Shown: positions 1-10,014 of the stretch, piece by piece | Layout of the letters: the number at the start of each line of letters is the position of its first letter | Position numbering within the stretch: the stretch's first letter is position 1 | From: Candidatus Heimdallarchaeota archaeon | GTDB lineage: Archaea > Asgardarchaeota > Heimdallarchaeia > Hodarchaeales > Hodarchaeaceae | Direction: 5' to 3' | DNA: 25,188 nt | Assembly: GCA_019057635.1 (NCBI GenBank) | Contig: DXJL01000166.1 | Coordinates: 1-25,188, forward strand | The notes under the pieces: generated by a model | What the model saw: only the letters and a program-made list of their open reading frames with translations | Databases searched by the model: none | Told to the model about the DNA's origin: nothing | Position numbers and translations under genes: made by a program

Positions 1-1043
1 GGCCTTTTGTGTTGATATTCAAAAACGAAGAAATTAATTTTTTTGTCCCTGAACTCGAAAAAATTCATGTCCAAGAAGAAGTACCACAAGCAAAAGAAGT
101 AGGGAGCTATTTTGAATATCCCGATGAAATCCATCCCTTGACACATTTCTCCAAATTTGTTAAGAACAGACTTAAGATCACAAGTAAGATAGGTGCAGAG
201 GCTCGAGGCGCTCGTGGTATATGGGGGTATCAAGGACCTTCATTTGAGGTGGTATTAAAGATGTCTCTTTCCGTATACTCAGAACTTATTACAGAAATGC
301 GAATTCTTAAAGATCCTGATGAGATTGCTTGTATTCGTGAAAGTTCTCATTGGAGTGCAAAAGCCCATGAACTCCTTCAAAAATACACACATGAAGGAAA
401 AAATGAAATTGATGTTTCATTTCAAGCTTCACATGATGCTTCTAAACTCATGCGTAAAGAATTAGGCTCTGAATATATTCCTATTGGTTATGGCTCTAGG
501 CCATGTGGTGCAGGATATCGGGGGCAAATTGGGCCATACAGTGCCATTCCCCATGCAATGACTCGAAACGCTACTTTCCAAAGAGGTGATACGCTCGTTA
601 CAGGAGCAAGTGCTAATATTGCTGGCTATCTGTCTGAATTAGAGCGTACCATGTTTGTGGGTGAACCTACAGAGAAGCAAAAAGGATATTTTTCCATAAT
701 GCTGAAAGCTCAACAAGTTGCTTTCAATACTTTAAAGCCAGCAATTCCTGTATCAGAAGTAGATCAGGCCTGTCGTAAAGTCTTTAAAGAATGTGGAGTG
801 ATGAATCTTGTCCAGCATCATACGGGTCATGCCATTGGATTAGAAGGTCATGAACGACCTTTTCTAGATATGGGTATGAATAATATAATAATGAAACCAG
901 GAATGGTATTTACAGTGGAACCTGGTATTTATGACCGATCTATAGGTGGATTCCGACATTCTGATACCGTCATCATTACTGATGAAGGGATGGAACGGAT
1001 AACAAGGTATCCCCGAAACATTGAGAGCTTGATTGTGGATTGA
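1..1043 (+). CDS. M24 family (Xaa-Pro peptidase/creatinase-like) protein, 5'-truncated by the window edge
   Basis: Frame is open from position 3 (PFVLIFK...), so the real start lies upstream. Pita-bread motifs: MRILKDPDEI, SAIPH, GYLSELERT, HHTGHAIGLEGHE, PGMVFTVEPGIY, GGFRHSDTVIITDEG. Confidence 0.9.
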   Translation, partial: PFVLIFKNEEINFFVPELEKIHVQEEVPQAKEVGSYFEYPDEIHPLTHFSKFVKNRLKITSKIGAEARGARGIWGYQGPSFEVVLKMSLSVYSELITEMRILKDPDEIACIRESSHWSAKAHELLQKYTHEGKNEIDVSFQASHDASKLMRKELGSEYIPIGYGSRPCGAGYRGQIGPYSAIPHAMTRNATFQRGDTLVTGASANIAGYLSELERTMFVGEPTEKQKGYFSIMLKAQQVAFNTLKPAIPVSEVDQACRKVFKECGVMNLVQHHTGHAIGLEGHERPFLDMGMNNIIMKPGMVFTVEPGIYDRSIGGFRHSDTVIITDEGMERITRYPRNIESLIVD

Positions 1044-1053
1044 AGGTGAGTTC

Positions 1054-1425
1054 GTGTCAGATAAACTACAAGAAGGAATCGAATTAATACACCAGGTTGA
1101 GAATGAGAAAGCAATTGAAATTTTCAAAAAAGTGGTAGATGTCGACCCTAAAAATCCTGAGGTATATCGCCATCTTGGTCTAGCTTATTTCAATATTGGG
1201 AAGTATTCAAAAGCCCTAGAAAGTTGGAATCGATGTTTAGATCTTGATCCCCAACATCATCAAACTTGGTGGAATCTTGGTCAACTTCATGAAGTTTTAA
1301 GTGATTTTGAAAAAGCGTCTTATGCTTACACGAAAGCAGCAACAGCTGCGCATGATGTGCTAGAGAAAGTCTCAAGATATGAAGAATGGGCAAAGAAAAC
1401 AAAGAGAAAAATAGGAAAAACATAG
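1054..1425 (+). CDS. Tetratricopeptide repeat (TPR) protein
   Basis: About three TPR units (AIEIFKKVVDVDPKNPEVYRHLGLAYFNIGKYSKALESWNRCLDLDPQHHQTWWNLGQLH). Start moved from 1033 to GTG 1054 because GGTGA at 1045-1049 sits just upstream. Confidence 0.9.
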   Translation: MSDKLQEGIELIHQVENEKAIEIFKKVVDVDPKNPEVYRHLGLAYFNIGKYSKALESWNRCLDLDPQHHQTWWNLGQLHEVLSDFEKASYAYTKAATAAHDVLEKVSRYEEWAKKTKRKIGKT

Positions 1426-1510
1426 TATTTAGGAATTACACTATGAACTCTTTGTCGTTAATCCTTAAAAGATGGAAAATAAGACTCAAACATAAGCGAG
1501 CTAAAAAAGA

Positions 1511-2029
1511 ATGAGGGAACAAAAAATAAAGCAGCAAATCGTCGAAATCATTAAAGTGCTCCGAACATACGGCCATTGGATGCTTGAGGACCTCATAAAA
1601 GAAGATTTTCTCTGGCAACCTGAAAAAACAAATGCTCGTACAATTCAGAGTTTATTCCGGCATATCATTAATGCTGAAATTTTTTGGTTAAAACATTTGG
1701 AAGATGAGACTTATTCATATGAACCAAAATCTAGTGAGTTTCAAAAACTTTTACTTACTTTCGATGAGCTGGAAAAACACTTAATAACATGTATTCAGAA
1801 TTCTAACGATTCAGATCTCGAATTTCATACACCTAAGTACGAAGGAGAGGAGCTGATGACACCAGGTACTTTGAGTTGGGTTATTTTAAGAACTTCTTTG
1901 CATGCTGTCCATCATTTTGGACAAATTGCCCACATTAGATATTCTATGGATAAACCTTCTAATAATGAAACTCGAAAAATTTCTTGGGGCGGTGTGATGG
2001 ATATTATTGTCAAAGCTATGTTGCTTTAA
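1511..2029 (+). CDS. DinB/YfiT-like four-helix-bundle protein (putative metal-dependent thiol transferase fold)
   Basis: RTIQSLFRHIINAEIFWL and HAVHHFGQIAHIR supply the DinB superfamily His triad; 172 aa. Confidence 0.85.
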   Translation: MREQKIKQQIVEIIKVLRTYGHWMLEDLIKEDFLWQPEKTNARTIQSLFRHIINAEIFWLKHLEDETYSYEPKSSEFQKLLLTFDELEKHLITCIQNSNDSDLEFHTPKYEGEELMTPGTLSWVILRTSLHAVHHFGQIAHIRYSMDKPSNNETRKISWGGVMDIIVKAMLL

Positions 2030-2053
2030 AAAAATCGAAGAAAGAGATGTGTT

Positions 2054-3217
2054 TTATTTATAACATCCAATATATCTAGCAATTACTAAACGTTGAATCT
2101 CACTAGTCCCTTCACCGATTTCTAGCAATTTCTGGTCACGATAGAACCGTTCAACAGGATATTCTTTCATAAGCCCATAGCCACCATGAATTTGGACTGC
2201 GTGATTCACTATTCGATTAGCTACCTCCGAACAGTACAATTTTGACATAGCAGCATACTTTTTGTATTCAGCACGCCCTTGATCATATAACCAAGTTGCT
2301 TTATACAGTAAATTTCGTGCTGCTTCAATCTCTGTCGCCATATCGGCTAGCTTAAAAGCATTCGCTTGAAATGTTGCTATCTTTCGACCAAAAGCGGTGC
2401 GTTGTCGGGCATATTCTAGGGCAAGCTCATAAGCTCCCACTGCACAACCCAATCCCATTGCAGCAATGCTTAACCGTCCTTTGTCAAGTGTATCTAACAT
2501 CTGATGGAATCCTTCTCCACGTTTGCCGAGCATTTGACTTTCGGGTATTTTACACTTCGTGAAAAATAGTTCTGATGTGATAGAAGCTCTCCACATCATT
2601 TTTCGATGCATTTCAGTTGCTTCAAATCCTTCAGTTCCTTGATCAACTAGGAAACACGTGTATTCCTTCTTTCCATCAGGACGTAACCCTGTTATGGTTT
2701 GTACAGTAACACCCAACGAGGCTGGAGACGAACCATTTGTAATGAAGTTCTTACTTCCGTTGATTACCCATGAATCTCCCTCTTTCACTGCTTTCGTCTT
2801 GGAAGCACCTGCATCAGACCCTGCTTCAGGTTCTGTAAGTCCAAACCCCCATAATTTTTCTCCAGTAGTCAATTGTGGTAAATATTTCTCTTTTTGTGCC
2901 TTTGATCCAAAATAATAAATCGGTCCGATTCCTAATGAGTTATGGGCTGCGATAGTAGCCGCTTGTGAACCATCAATTCGAGCTAGCTCTTCTACAGCGA
3001 TGATATAGGATAGATAGGAAAGATCAGAACCTCCATACTCTTCTGGTAAATATACTCCAAGTAACCCTAAATCACCCATTTTCTTTGTTAACGAAGGAGA
3101 AAATTCTTCTCGTTCATCAAGATCACCAGCAATTGGAGCAATTTCCTTTTCAGCAAAATCTCGAACTGCTTCACGCATCATACTTGCTTCTTCAGGTAAA
3201 TCGAATGAAAGTGTCAT
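2054..3217 (-). CDS. Acyl-CoA dehydrogenase (short/branched-chain type)
   Basis: GFGLTEPEAGSDA, WVINGSKNFITNG, RTAFGRKI, AVQIHGGYG, RFYRDQKLLEIGEGTSEIQRLVIAR (catalytic Glu in the EG motif). SD AGGTGA at about 3225-3230 on the minus strand. Confidence 0.96.
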   Translation of the reverse strand: MTLSFDLPEEASMMREAVRDFAEKEIAPIAGDLDEREEFSPSLTKKMGDLGLLGVYLPEEYGGSDLSYLSYIIAVEELARIDGSQAATIAAHNSLGIGPIYYFGSKAQKEKYLPQLTTGEKLWGFGLTEPEAGSDAGASKTKAVKEGDSWVINGSKNFITNGSSPASLGVTVQTITGLRPDGKKEYTCFLVDQGTEGFEATEMHRKMMWRASITSELFFTKCKIPESQMLGKRGEGFHQMLDTLDKGRLSIAAMGLGCAVGAYELALEYARQRTAFGRKIATFQANAFKLADMATEIEAARNLLYKATWLYDQGRAEYKKYAAMSKLYCSEVANRIVNHAVQIHGGYGLMKEYPVERFYRDQKLLEIGEGTSEIQRLVIARYIGCYK

Positions 3218-3580
3218 TTCTTTGTCACCTAGGATGATTTACTATTATTAGAAGAGAGTTACTTAAATACTTTGATGCGACCCATATGAGGGATTTACAT
3301 TGAATTGGTTTTTATGGTCATAGATAAGAAAAATTACTGACTAAGAACTATTTTCTTTTCATTTCAAGTAATTGCTTGATAAACAATACATTGGTCAGAA
3401 TTCTGGGTAAAAGTGATTGATATAGTTTAAATACTTGAGTAAAGTCTATCGAAGTGTATAAATATGGAGAAATAAGAAAAACCTAAAACAGATTTCAATA
3501 TTCACTGACACAGAAAATTGTTATAAGACTGTTTTTAAAGAAAAGATCCCCCTTGTTTGATTTGTTTTTGAGGTTTATAC

Positions 3581-5896
3581 ATGACTTCTGAGAGTTCTAA
3601 ATCACTAGTAATCATTTCAGTTGGTATAGAACACTCACCCTTATTACAGAATTTTCTGGACGCTGGATTGCAATTAACAATTTTGCCGAATACTACAGGT
3701 GATTTTTGTTTAGCTGATGAAAATGGTAATGAGAAGGAAAATGACGTTTGGTATCATCATGAAATCATCAAGTTAGCGAGTTCAATAGTACCTGATGATT
3801 TTGCCCAGAGTTCTCTTGCCAAAATCTTTACCAAACCAATTTCTCAAACGCGTTTGCCTCTCACTGATGCGGAGAGATTCTTAATTCAGTGGGTATCTGA
3901 ACAACATAAAGCTAAACAAGATTTTACTGATTTTTTTGTTGCTCTAAATGAGTACTCGAATAAAAAAATCTCCGTTCATCCTTTAAAGCTCCCTGAGCAT
4001 GTACTTGCGTTACAAGGGGAGGATTTTGATATTCCATTAAGATATTTCCAGATAACTGGTTTTATTGATAGAAAAGCGGAAAATAAGCCAGATTTAGATG
4101 AACTGAGTAATCTTCTAAACGAGACAAAAGAGAATAAAAGTAATAAGAAGGCTAAACCTAAAATAGCAATTAAAGGACTCAATATTAAGCGAGATATATT
4201 AGGAGAGCAAGCAAAGAAAGCGCTTACTGAAGCAGATGCTATTCTGATACTGGCTAGTGACCCGTGCTCTCTGGGAATCCTACTATTACATAAAGAATTT
4301 ACTCGTGTCGTTCGTGAATCCAAAGCCCCGTCAACTCTTGTTTGTCCTATTAAGTTCTCATTTCGCGAACAATTTATTCTAGAATTACTTTCCATCAAAC
4401 CTAGCTTAATAGGTATAGCAGAGCTATGCTCAGGCATTATTGATCATTTAGTGGTGGGGCCTGATGATGCTAGTGAAGTTAAAACTTTGAGGACTCAAGG
4501 ATTTAATGTACTAATGGAAGATTTAACAAAAATAAAAAATGCCCAAGGTTTATCCACCATTTTAAAAGGTTTAGGAATGTCTCTTAATGATATTTCAGTT
4601 GAAAGTGAAGACCAAGGTAAAAAACGTAGTTTAGAAGAATTAGTTACCAAATTAACCTATTCAACAACAGATAACTCGACTTCTGATATTGCTGACATAG
4701 TAGAAGAAGCTGAAACTACTGTAGAACTACCTGGCAACCAGGTCACTCGACAAAAGAAATCTAAACCAGTCATTAAATTACAAGATATAGAGACACGTAA
4801 TTATGATTTTGAAGATCCTGAGTTGGTTTTAACCCAAGAAATGATTGAAACATTGATGGAGGAATTAACTGAAGATTTTACTCCACCTGATGACAAAGTG
4901 TCTACAACAACAGTCGAAAAAATCGAAGAAAAAAAAACAGAAGAAAGTCAAGAGGCATTTACTGAAACCATTGAGAATTTTCTTAGTTTTGAAGAGTCAT
5001 CCAATCGAACAGAGATGATTCAAACAATTGGTGAGAGAATTACTAAGAATGCAGATATGGCTGGATATGCCGCAAAAAAATTGACAAGTACCTTAATTTC
5101 TTCAAAGACGCCTCCCCAGTTTTTCGAAGAATATATTTCACTAATTAAGACAAGACCTCTTTTATTTATCAAGGAATTGGTAGATTGGTTAGTAGCGGAT
5201 ATAGAAACTCCTGATTATGTCACATTTTCCCAAAAATCGTTGATTATTGTCAAAATCGGTAGAATTGAAACCCCCTTTGTAGAGCAAATTCTCGAACAGC
5301 TAGTTAAATTTCGTATGACCCAAAAGATAAGTCCAAAAGAGAAAGAACATCTTAGAACTATTATCGGGATGATTACTGCTCGTGATGTGACTTTACAACG
5401 CAAAGCAATTCGTGAGTACCTCTCTCATTATGAAATCGCGAAAAAACCTGATGATGTATGGCTAGGCCTACTGAAATATGATGCTGCATTAGTAGCACTA
5501 GAAATAATTGAACACGAGTCGAAAAGGGGAGTAAAAATTGTTCAAGATGCACTCACACGCGATTTAGGAAGTTTTGGGCATATTGTATACGAAGTGTTTG
5601 CAGCCTACCAGAAAGGTGATATCCAAAGTGTTTTATCCGCCGCTGGTCCTTTATCAGATGGATTAGTTCGCAAACAGAAACGAGTAGAACTCGCAGAAAA
5701 AATTACAAAGTTTGGGAGTGTACCAATCGAAATTCTGGCAAACAATGTACAAATTGACCCCAAGGAGCTTGAGTCTCTTGTTTATGAGATGATTAATGAA
5801 AACGAGATTAATGCGAAAATTGGAGTTGTTGAGGGACGTCTGTGTATTATTCAATTAGGGGAGAAGGAGAATAATGATCAAACAAATAATAGCTAA
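3581..5896 (+). CDS. Multidomain protein: degenerate CofD/YvcK-like N-terminal domain, acidic linker, alpha-helical region, C-terminal PCI-like winged helix
   Basis: 771-aa ORF with GAGGT SD upstream. N-terminal motifs LVIISVG..LLQNF..LTILPNTTGDF, ALTEADAILILASDP, APSTLVCPI and SLIGIAELCSGIIDHLVVGPDD follow the CofD layout. The C-terminal FGSVPIEILANNVQIDPKELESLVYEMINENEINAKI..VEGRLCI follows the PCI consensus. Confidence 0.7.
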   Translation: MTSESSKSLVIISVGIEHSPLLQNFLDAGLQLTILPNTTGDFCLADENGNEKENDVWYHHEIIKLASSIVPDDFAQSSLAKIFTKPISQTRLPLTDAERFLIQWVSEQHKAKQDFTDFFVALNEYSNKKISVHPLKLPEHVLALQGEDFDIPLRYFQITGFIDRKAENKPDLDELSNLLNETKENKSNKKAKPKIAIKGLNIKRDILGEQAKKALTEADAILILASDPCSLGILLLHKEFTRVVRESKAPSTLVCPIKFSFREQFILELLSIKPSLIGIAELCSGIIDHLVVGPDDASEVKTLRTQGFNVLMEDLTKIKNAQGLSTILKGLGMSLNDISVESEDQGKKRSLEELVTKLTYSTTDNSTSDIADIVEEAETTVELPGNQVTRQKKSKPVIKLQDIETRNYDFEDPELVLTQEMIETLMEELTEDFTPPDDKVSTTTVEKIEEKKTEESQEAFTETIENFLSFEESSNRTEMIQTIGERITKNADMAGYAAKKLTSTLISSKTPPQFFEEYISLIKTRPLLFIKELVDWLVADIETPDYVTFSQKSLIIVKIGRIETPFVEQILEQLVKFRMTQKISPKEKEHLRTIIGMITARDVTLQRKAIREYLSHYEIAKKPDDVWLGLLKYDAALVALEIIEHESKRGVKIVQDALTRDLGSFGHIVYEVFAAYQKGDIQSVLSAAGPLSDGLVRKQKRVELAEKITKFGSVPIEILANNVQIDPKELESLVYEMINENEINAKIGVVEGRLCIIQLGEKENNDQTNNS

Positions 5897-5929
5897 ATAT
5901 TTTTCTTGCTCAAGATTTCTTTTTGTTGC
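5897..5929. terminator. T-rich intergenic stretch between convergent genes (candidate archaeal terminator for the 3581-5896 gene)
   Basis: ATATTTTTCTT...TTTCTTTTTG immediately after the TAA stop. Confidence 0.35.
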
Positions 5930-6934
5930 TTAAAAGACCCCAGCACTAATTAATATAGCAATTAGCAATAGAGTAACAATTACAATCCAGAGGACGTTCA
6001 GACGTCGAACTTTAGCTGATTGACGTTTGGACAATCCCCGACTCTTCACTCCAAAGATCCAAAAAACGCTTGTACACGAAAGAATAATAGCTAATATGTT
6101 TAAAAGAAGTAAATTTGTAGCTTTTAAGGCCAGATCGAATTGACCAATAGCGCCTAGAATTCCTATGGTTGCAGCAGGTGGACACAAAGAAGCGGCAATA
6201 GCTACACCAACAATGGATACATCTAATCCACGTGCAACAATTATCCCTGCAGCTAAACCTCCCAGTAATGCTAATGAAATAGTCGGAATTGTGAGAGCTG
6301 TTCGGTTTAATACTTCAGAATAAATCTGATTCCCTCCTAAATCAGTAGCATGTATATCTATCACATCAACTTCATTGAAAATGTATCCTATCAAAGCCCC
6401 TAAACTAATTGTGGTAAAAATTCCAGTGAACTCGGAAAAAATTCCTTTTCTTACAAAAGACGTTGTTTCTAAACTTAGTAATCCAAGTGACGTTAATACT
6501 ATTGGTCCTAGAAGCGGTGCAACTATCATACTAGCAATTATAACTACTACATCATTATTTAATAATCCAAAAGTCGCTAAAGCTGCGGCTAGTCCATTCA
6601 TTAAGAGATAAGTGTACGAAAGGCCAGAAATTTTCCCCACATTTGCCAAGATCTCTTCTCGGTTTACTCCCGCGCTCTCAGGGAGACTATTTTCACCTTT
6701 TTTACTCGAAATTAACAAAGACAAAGGTCTGACTACGATGTCACCATATGCGACCCCAACCCCCCTGGCTTTCAATTCTTCGATTAATACATTTGTCTGG
6801 TAATCTTCGATTCGAAGCTCATACCTAATTGTTTCACCAAAGTCGTAGGTCGTAGCCAAGATTGAGAATTCTTTTAAGAATTCGTCCATCAAGGTTTTTC
6901 GATCAGTAGGTAAAGTAACCTGAATTTCCTTCAC
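5930..6934 (-). CDS. TIGR00341/DUF389 family integral membrane protein
   Basis: Small soluble N-terminal domain, then ATFGLLNNDVVVIIASMIVAPLLGP, ALLGGLAAG and IVGVAIAASLCPPAATIG, which are the family's hallmark motifs. Confidence 0.9.
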   Translation of the reverse strand: MKEIQVTLPTDRKTLMDEFLKEFSILATTYDFGETIRYELRIEDYQTNVLIEELKARGVGVAYGDIVVRPLSLLISSKKGENSLPESAGVNREEILANVGKISGLSYTYLLMNGLAAALATFGLLNNDVVVIIASMIVAPLLGPIVLTSLGLLSLETTSFVRKGIFSEFTGIFTTISLGALIGYIFNEVDVIDIHATDLGGNQIYSEVLNRTALTIPTISLALLGGLAAGIIVARGLDVSIVGVAIAASLCPPAATIGILGAIGQFDLALKATNLLLLNILAIILSCTSVFWIFGVKSRGLSKRQSAKVRRLNVLWIVIVTLLLIAILISAGVF

Positions 6935-7140
6935 TTTCGGGCCTCGAAGTTGATTATCTCTTTGAGAATAAAAAAACTGAGTGAACCATAGAAATGAGCT
7001 TTATTAAACCCCAGATCCTTTCCCATAAGTGAGAAAATAATCCTTTTAATCTTTTGAAATCTTTATCGGATCTATGTCCAGAATTTATACTTGTGATTGT
7101 ACATAATTAAGATTGATAGTGACAGTTGGAACTTAGAACG

Positions 7141-8844
7141 ATGTTACAAAGAGACAGAAGTCAGCTAGAGCGATTGGCAATTCGAATAGCTAATTTTACC
7201 TCAAAGTCACGAGTTAATACCGCTTGGTACTCTTTTGTTGTTTTTTTCTTCTTCCTTTTAGTTCTTTTACCCACTATATTTGTTCTTGGATATGTTATCC
7301 TTGAATTTACCGCTATTCAAAATTCAGTATTCTCTAATCAGGAAATTCAGGCCCAGATATTATCAGCCTTATTTTATTCAATTTCCGTTTCAATAATTGT
7401 TTCTATATTTGATTTGATTTTTGGTCTTCCAATTGCTTGGACGCTGGTCCGTAAAGAATTTCGATTCAAATCGTTGTTGAATAGTTTTATTGAGTTACCA
7501 TTAGCAGTTCCTACTGCTGGTTTAGGATTTTCCGTTGCATTATTTTGGGGAGTCACGCCAAGCGTAGAATCGCCAATATTCGCTGTTCAATTCATCAAAA
7601 ATGCTCTGCCCATGCTCATCTTATTTCACTTCACCACAACTTTCCCTTACGTTGTAAGATCATTAACTGCAATTTTAGAAGAAATTGATGTTACATTAGA
7701 AGTAGCTGCACGTACCTGTGGAGCTAGTAAGTTTACAGCTGCTCGTACTGTTACATTGCCTATGTTCAGGTCTGGTGTTGCTACAGCAATGGTTCTGAGT
7801 CTAGCTAAGAGTCTGTCAGATACAGGAGGTGTGGTTACTCTATTAGCGACAATCCAGAGCGTAACCCAGACAGGAACAACCTTGATTAGTACATGGAAAC
7901 ATTCTTATCAAGATCAGACCCCTCTTGAAGGGATTCCTTATGATTCGTTACTCCCGAGTATGGCATTCCTTGCAGCAATCATGATTGGAATAGCAATTAC
8001 TTTAGTGTTTGTGGCAAAAATTATAGCGAAAAAAGCACAACTACCATTCCGAAAGGTGTATCCCTCGTTTGAATGGGCGGTTAGTGAAGGGAAAGCTCCA
8101 CAGATGCGGCAAATTATCGCTTTTGGGTTTTTAATACTCTTTGTGATTATACCGTCCTTTTTCTTAGTAGTTTATTTAATTCAAGGAGCCTCATTGGCAG
8201 CACTAGCTTCAGCTAATTGGGCATTATTCGGACAAAGCATTTTCATGACCGTTTTGGTTGCTAGTGTTGCTACAGTTGTTAATGTGTTTCTAGGAGTACC
8301 AATGGCCATTTTAATAGCAAGAAAGTCCCACACATTTTCTCGAATTCTTGATGCACTGGTTGATATTCCTTATGTTGTGCCTAGTTCTGCACTTGGGTTT
8401 TCGGTAGGATTATTTTGGGCATTTCAACCTGTAATACCTGTAAATGAACTATTTTTTGTTATCATGGCACATATTAGTATGACTTTCCCTTTTATCGTTA
8501 GAAATACAGTAGGAGGGTTGGAGGAGTTGGATACTGCATATGAAGATGTTGCTCGAACATTGGGAGCGAAGCCTATGCAAACATTTCGGGAAATCACTTT
8601 TCCAGTCATTAAATTCTCAATAATCGCTGGTGCGATAATGTCGTTTACTCGAAGTGTAGGGGAAACTGGGGCTACGTTAGCTGTTTCTCCCACCTCAACA
8701 ACTGCTCCTGTATTTATTGTTAATTTAATTAAAGTAGACCAAAATTACTTCCTTGCAGCCTTGACCACTATAATATTGATATTAATATCCTCGATGCTAA
8801 TCTTCACATTACGAGCTAGCATCTCCCGAGCAAAGCGTAAATAG
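7141..8844 (+). CDS. ABC importer permease, fused double TMD (ModB/CysTW/WtpB/FbpB-like, type I)
   Basis: Two BPD_transp_1 halves: ELPLAVPTAGLGF plus EAA loop LEVAARTCGASKFTAARTVTLP, and DIPYVVPSSALGF plus YEDVARTLGAKPMQTFREITFP. Start is ATG 7141 or TTG 7126. Confidence 0.9.
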   Translation: MLQRDRSQLERLAIRIANFTSKSRVNTAWYSFVVFFFFLLVLLPTIFVLGYVILEFTAIQNSVFSNQEIQAQILSALFYSISVSIIVSIFDLIFGLPIAWTLVRKEFRFKSLLNSFIELPLAVPTAGLGFSVALFWGVTPSVESPIFAVQFIKNALPMLILFHFTTTFPYVVRSLTAILEEIDVTLEVAARTCGASKFTAARTVTLPMFRSGVATAMVLSLAKSLSDTGGVVTLLATIQSVTQTGTTLISTWKHSYQDQTPLEGIPYDSLLPSMAFLAAIMIGIAITLVFVAKIIAKKAQLPFRKVYPSFEWAVSEGKAPQMRQIIAFGFLILFVIIPSFFLVVYLIQGASLAALASANWALFGQSIFMTVLVASVATVVNVFLGVPMAILIARKSHTFSRILDALVDIPYVVPSSALGFSVGLFWAFQPVIPVNELFFVIMAHISMTFPFIVRNTVGGLEELDTAYEDVARTLGAKPMQTFREITFPVIKFSIIAGAIMSFTRSVGETGATLAVSPTSTTAPVFIVNLIKVDQNYFLAALTTIILILISSMLIFTLRASISRAKRK

Positions 8845-8856
8845 GATGAATGAAAA

Positions 8857-10014
8857 ATGGAAAAGACACACATAACCATCTCCGATTTATCGAAACGCTT
8901 TGGTAAAAAAGAAGTGCTCAAGGGAATTGATCTAACAATTGAGAAGGGAGAATATATCGTAATATTGGGACCTACAGGAGCTGGAAAAACAACCCTTTTG
9001 AAAATCATTGCCGGACTCATACCACCTACGAAAGGACAAATAATGGTTGATAATCAGGGTACTCGCCAAGATATTACTAGTTTGCCTCCTGAATCCAGAA
9101 ATTTAGCCTATCTACCCCAAACATCTGATTACTCTTTATTTGCTTATAAAAACGTCTGGAATAATGCAATCTTTTCTCTGAAAATGAAAGGTGAAAAATC
9201 ACTTCCAGAAATTAATGCAATTGGAAACGAGGTCTTAGATCTAGTTAACTTACGTCATAGATACGATGCTTTGCCGTATGAACTGAGTGGCGGTATGAAG
9301 CAGAGAGTGGCACTCGCACGAGCAATTGCAACCGATGCAAGCATTTTTCTTCTGGATGAACCTCTTAGGGCATTAGATGCACGATTAAGGATAATATTAC
9401 GTACCGAAATTAAGAAACTAGTAACTGATTTGGATAAAACTACCTTTCATGTCACACATGATCAGGAGGAGGCATTAGCGGTGGCTGATCGTATTTTAAT
9501 TCTGAATGAGGGCCGTATCATTCAAATTGGAACCCCCCAAGAAATATATCAGCGGCCTAACACTATATTTTCCGCATACTTTTTTGGAGTCACCAATTTA
9601 ATACCTGTGAGTTTGAAAGAAGTACAAGGAGAGAAGGTTTTATTTTCCGTTGGAAAACACACCATTACAGGTTTAACGACATATCGTGGAACATCAGAAA
9701 CACCTGACGTTTCAAAAGATGAGTACGTGCTAGCAATAAAAGCTGATGGTATTACGGTCGCACCTGTAACTGAAACAAGAGAAGATGGGCCTAATGAGTT
9801 CATAGGGACAATTAAGGACATGTACTTCTTGGGAAAGTGGGTTCATTTAGTCATTACCATTGAGTCATTCCCCAAACAAATTATAATTGCTGTACCCTCA
9901 ACGGAAATGAAAAATTATGAGCTAGAAAATGATGTAACAATAAAGCTTGATATTGAAGATATAATACATTATAATGAGCCTTGGGATAAAATTAAACACC
10001 TGGAGGATACTTGA
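8857..10014 (+). CDS. ABC importer ATPase 1 (MalK/PotA/CysA-like with C-terminal TOBE region)
   Basis: GPTGAGKTT, LSGGMKQRVALARA, FLLDEPLRALD, HVTHDQEEA. Confidence 0.95.
   Translation: MEKTHITISDLSKRFGKKEVLKGIDLTIEKGEYIVILGPTGAGKTTLLKIIAGLIPPTKGQIMVDNQGTRQDITSLPPESRNLAYLPQTSDYSLFAYKNVWNNAIFSLKMKGEKSLPEINAIGNEVLDLVNLRHRYDALPYELSGGMKQRVALARAIATDASIFLLDEPLRALDARLRIILRTEIKKLVTDLDKTTFHVTHDQEEALAVADRILILNEGRIIQIGTPQEIYQRPNTIFSAYFFGVTNLIPVSLKEVQGEKVLFSVGKHTITGLTTYRGTSETPDVSKDEYVLAIKADGITVAPVTETREDGPNEFIGTIKDMYFLGKWVHLVITIESFPKQIIIAVPSTEMKNYELENDVTIKLDIEDIIHYNEPWDKIKHLEDT

Noticed and set aside
3231-3570. Divergent intergenic region as a riboswitch or ncRNA
   Set aside because: Only AT-rich TATA-like tracts (e.g. 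TTTAAATA near 3426-3433) are visible, with no structured element I can support.
3976-4437. 153-aa antisense ORF, and the other short antisense or alternate-frame ORFs in the track (e.g. 864-1127, 2658-2915, 8424-8693, 9549-9821, 9992-10249, 15763-15963, 23384-23695, 24943-25143)
   Set aside because: All lie within or across well-supported genes and read as shadow translations with no family motifs.
3581-4580. Calling the 771-aa gene a functional cofD (F420 biosynthesis)
   Set aside because: The Gly-rich loop and Asp motif appear lost, and there are no cofC/cofE neighbours, so no gene symbol was assigned.
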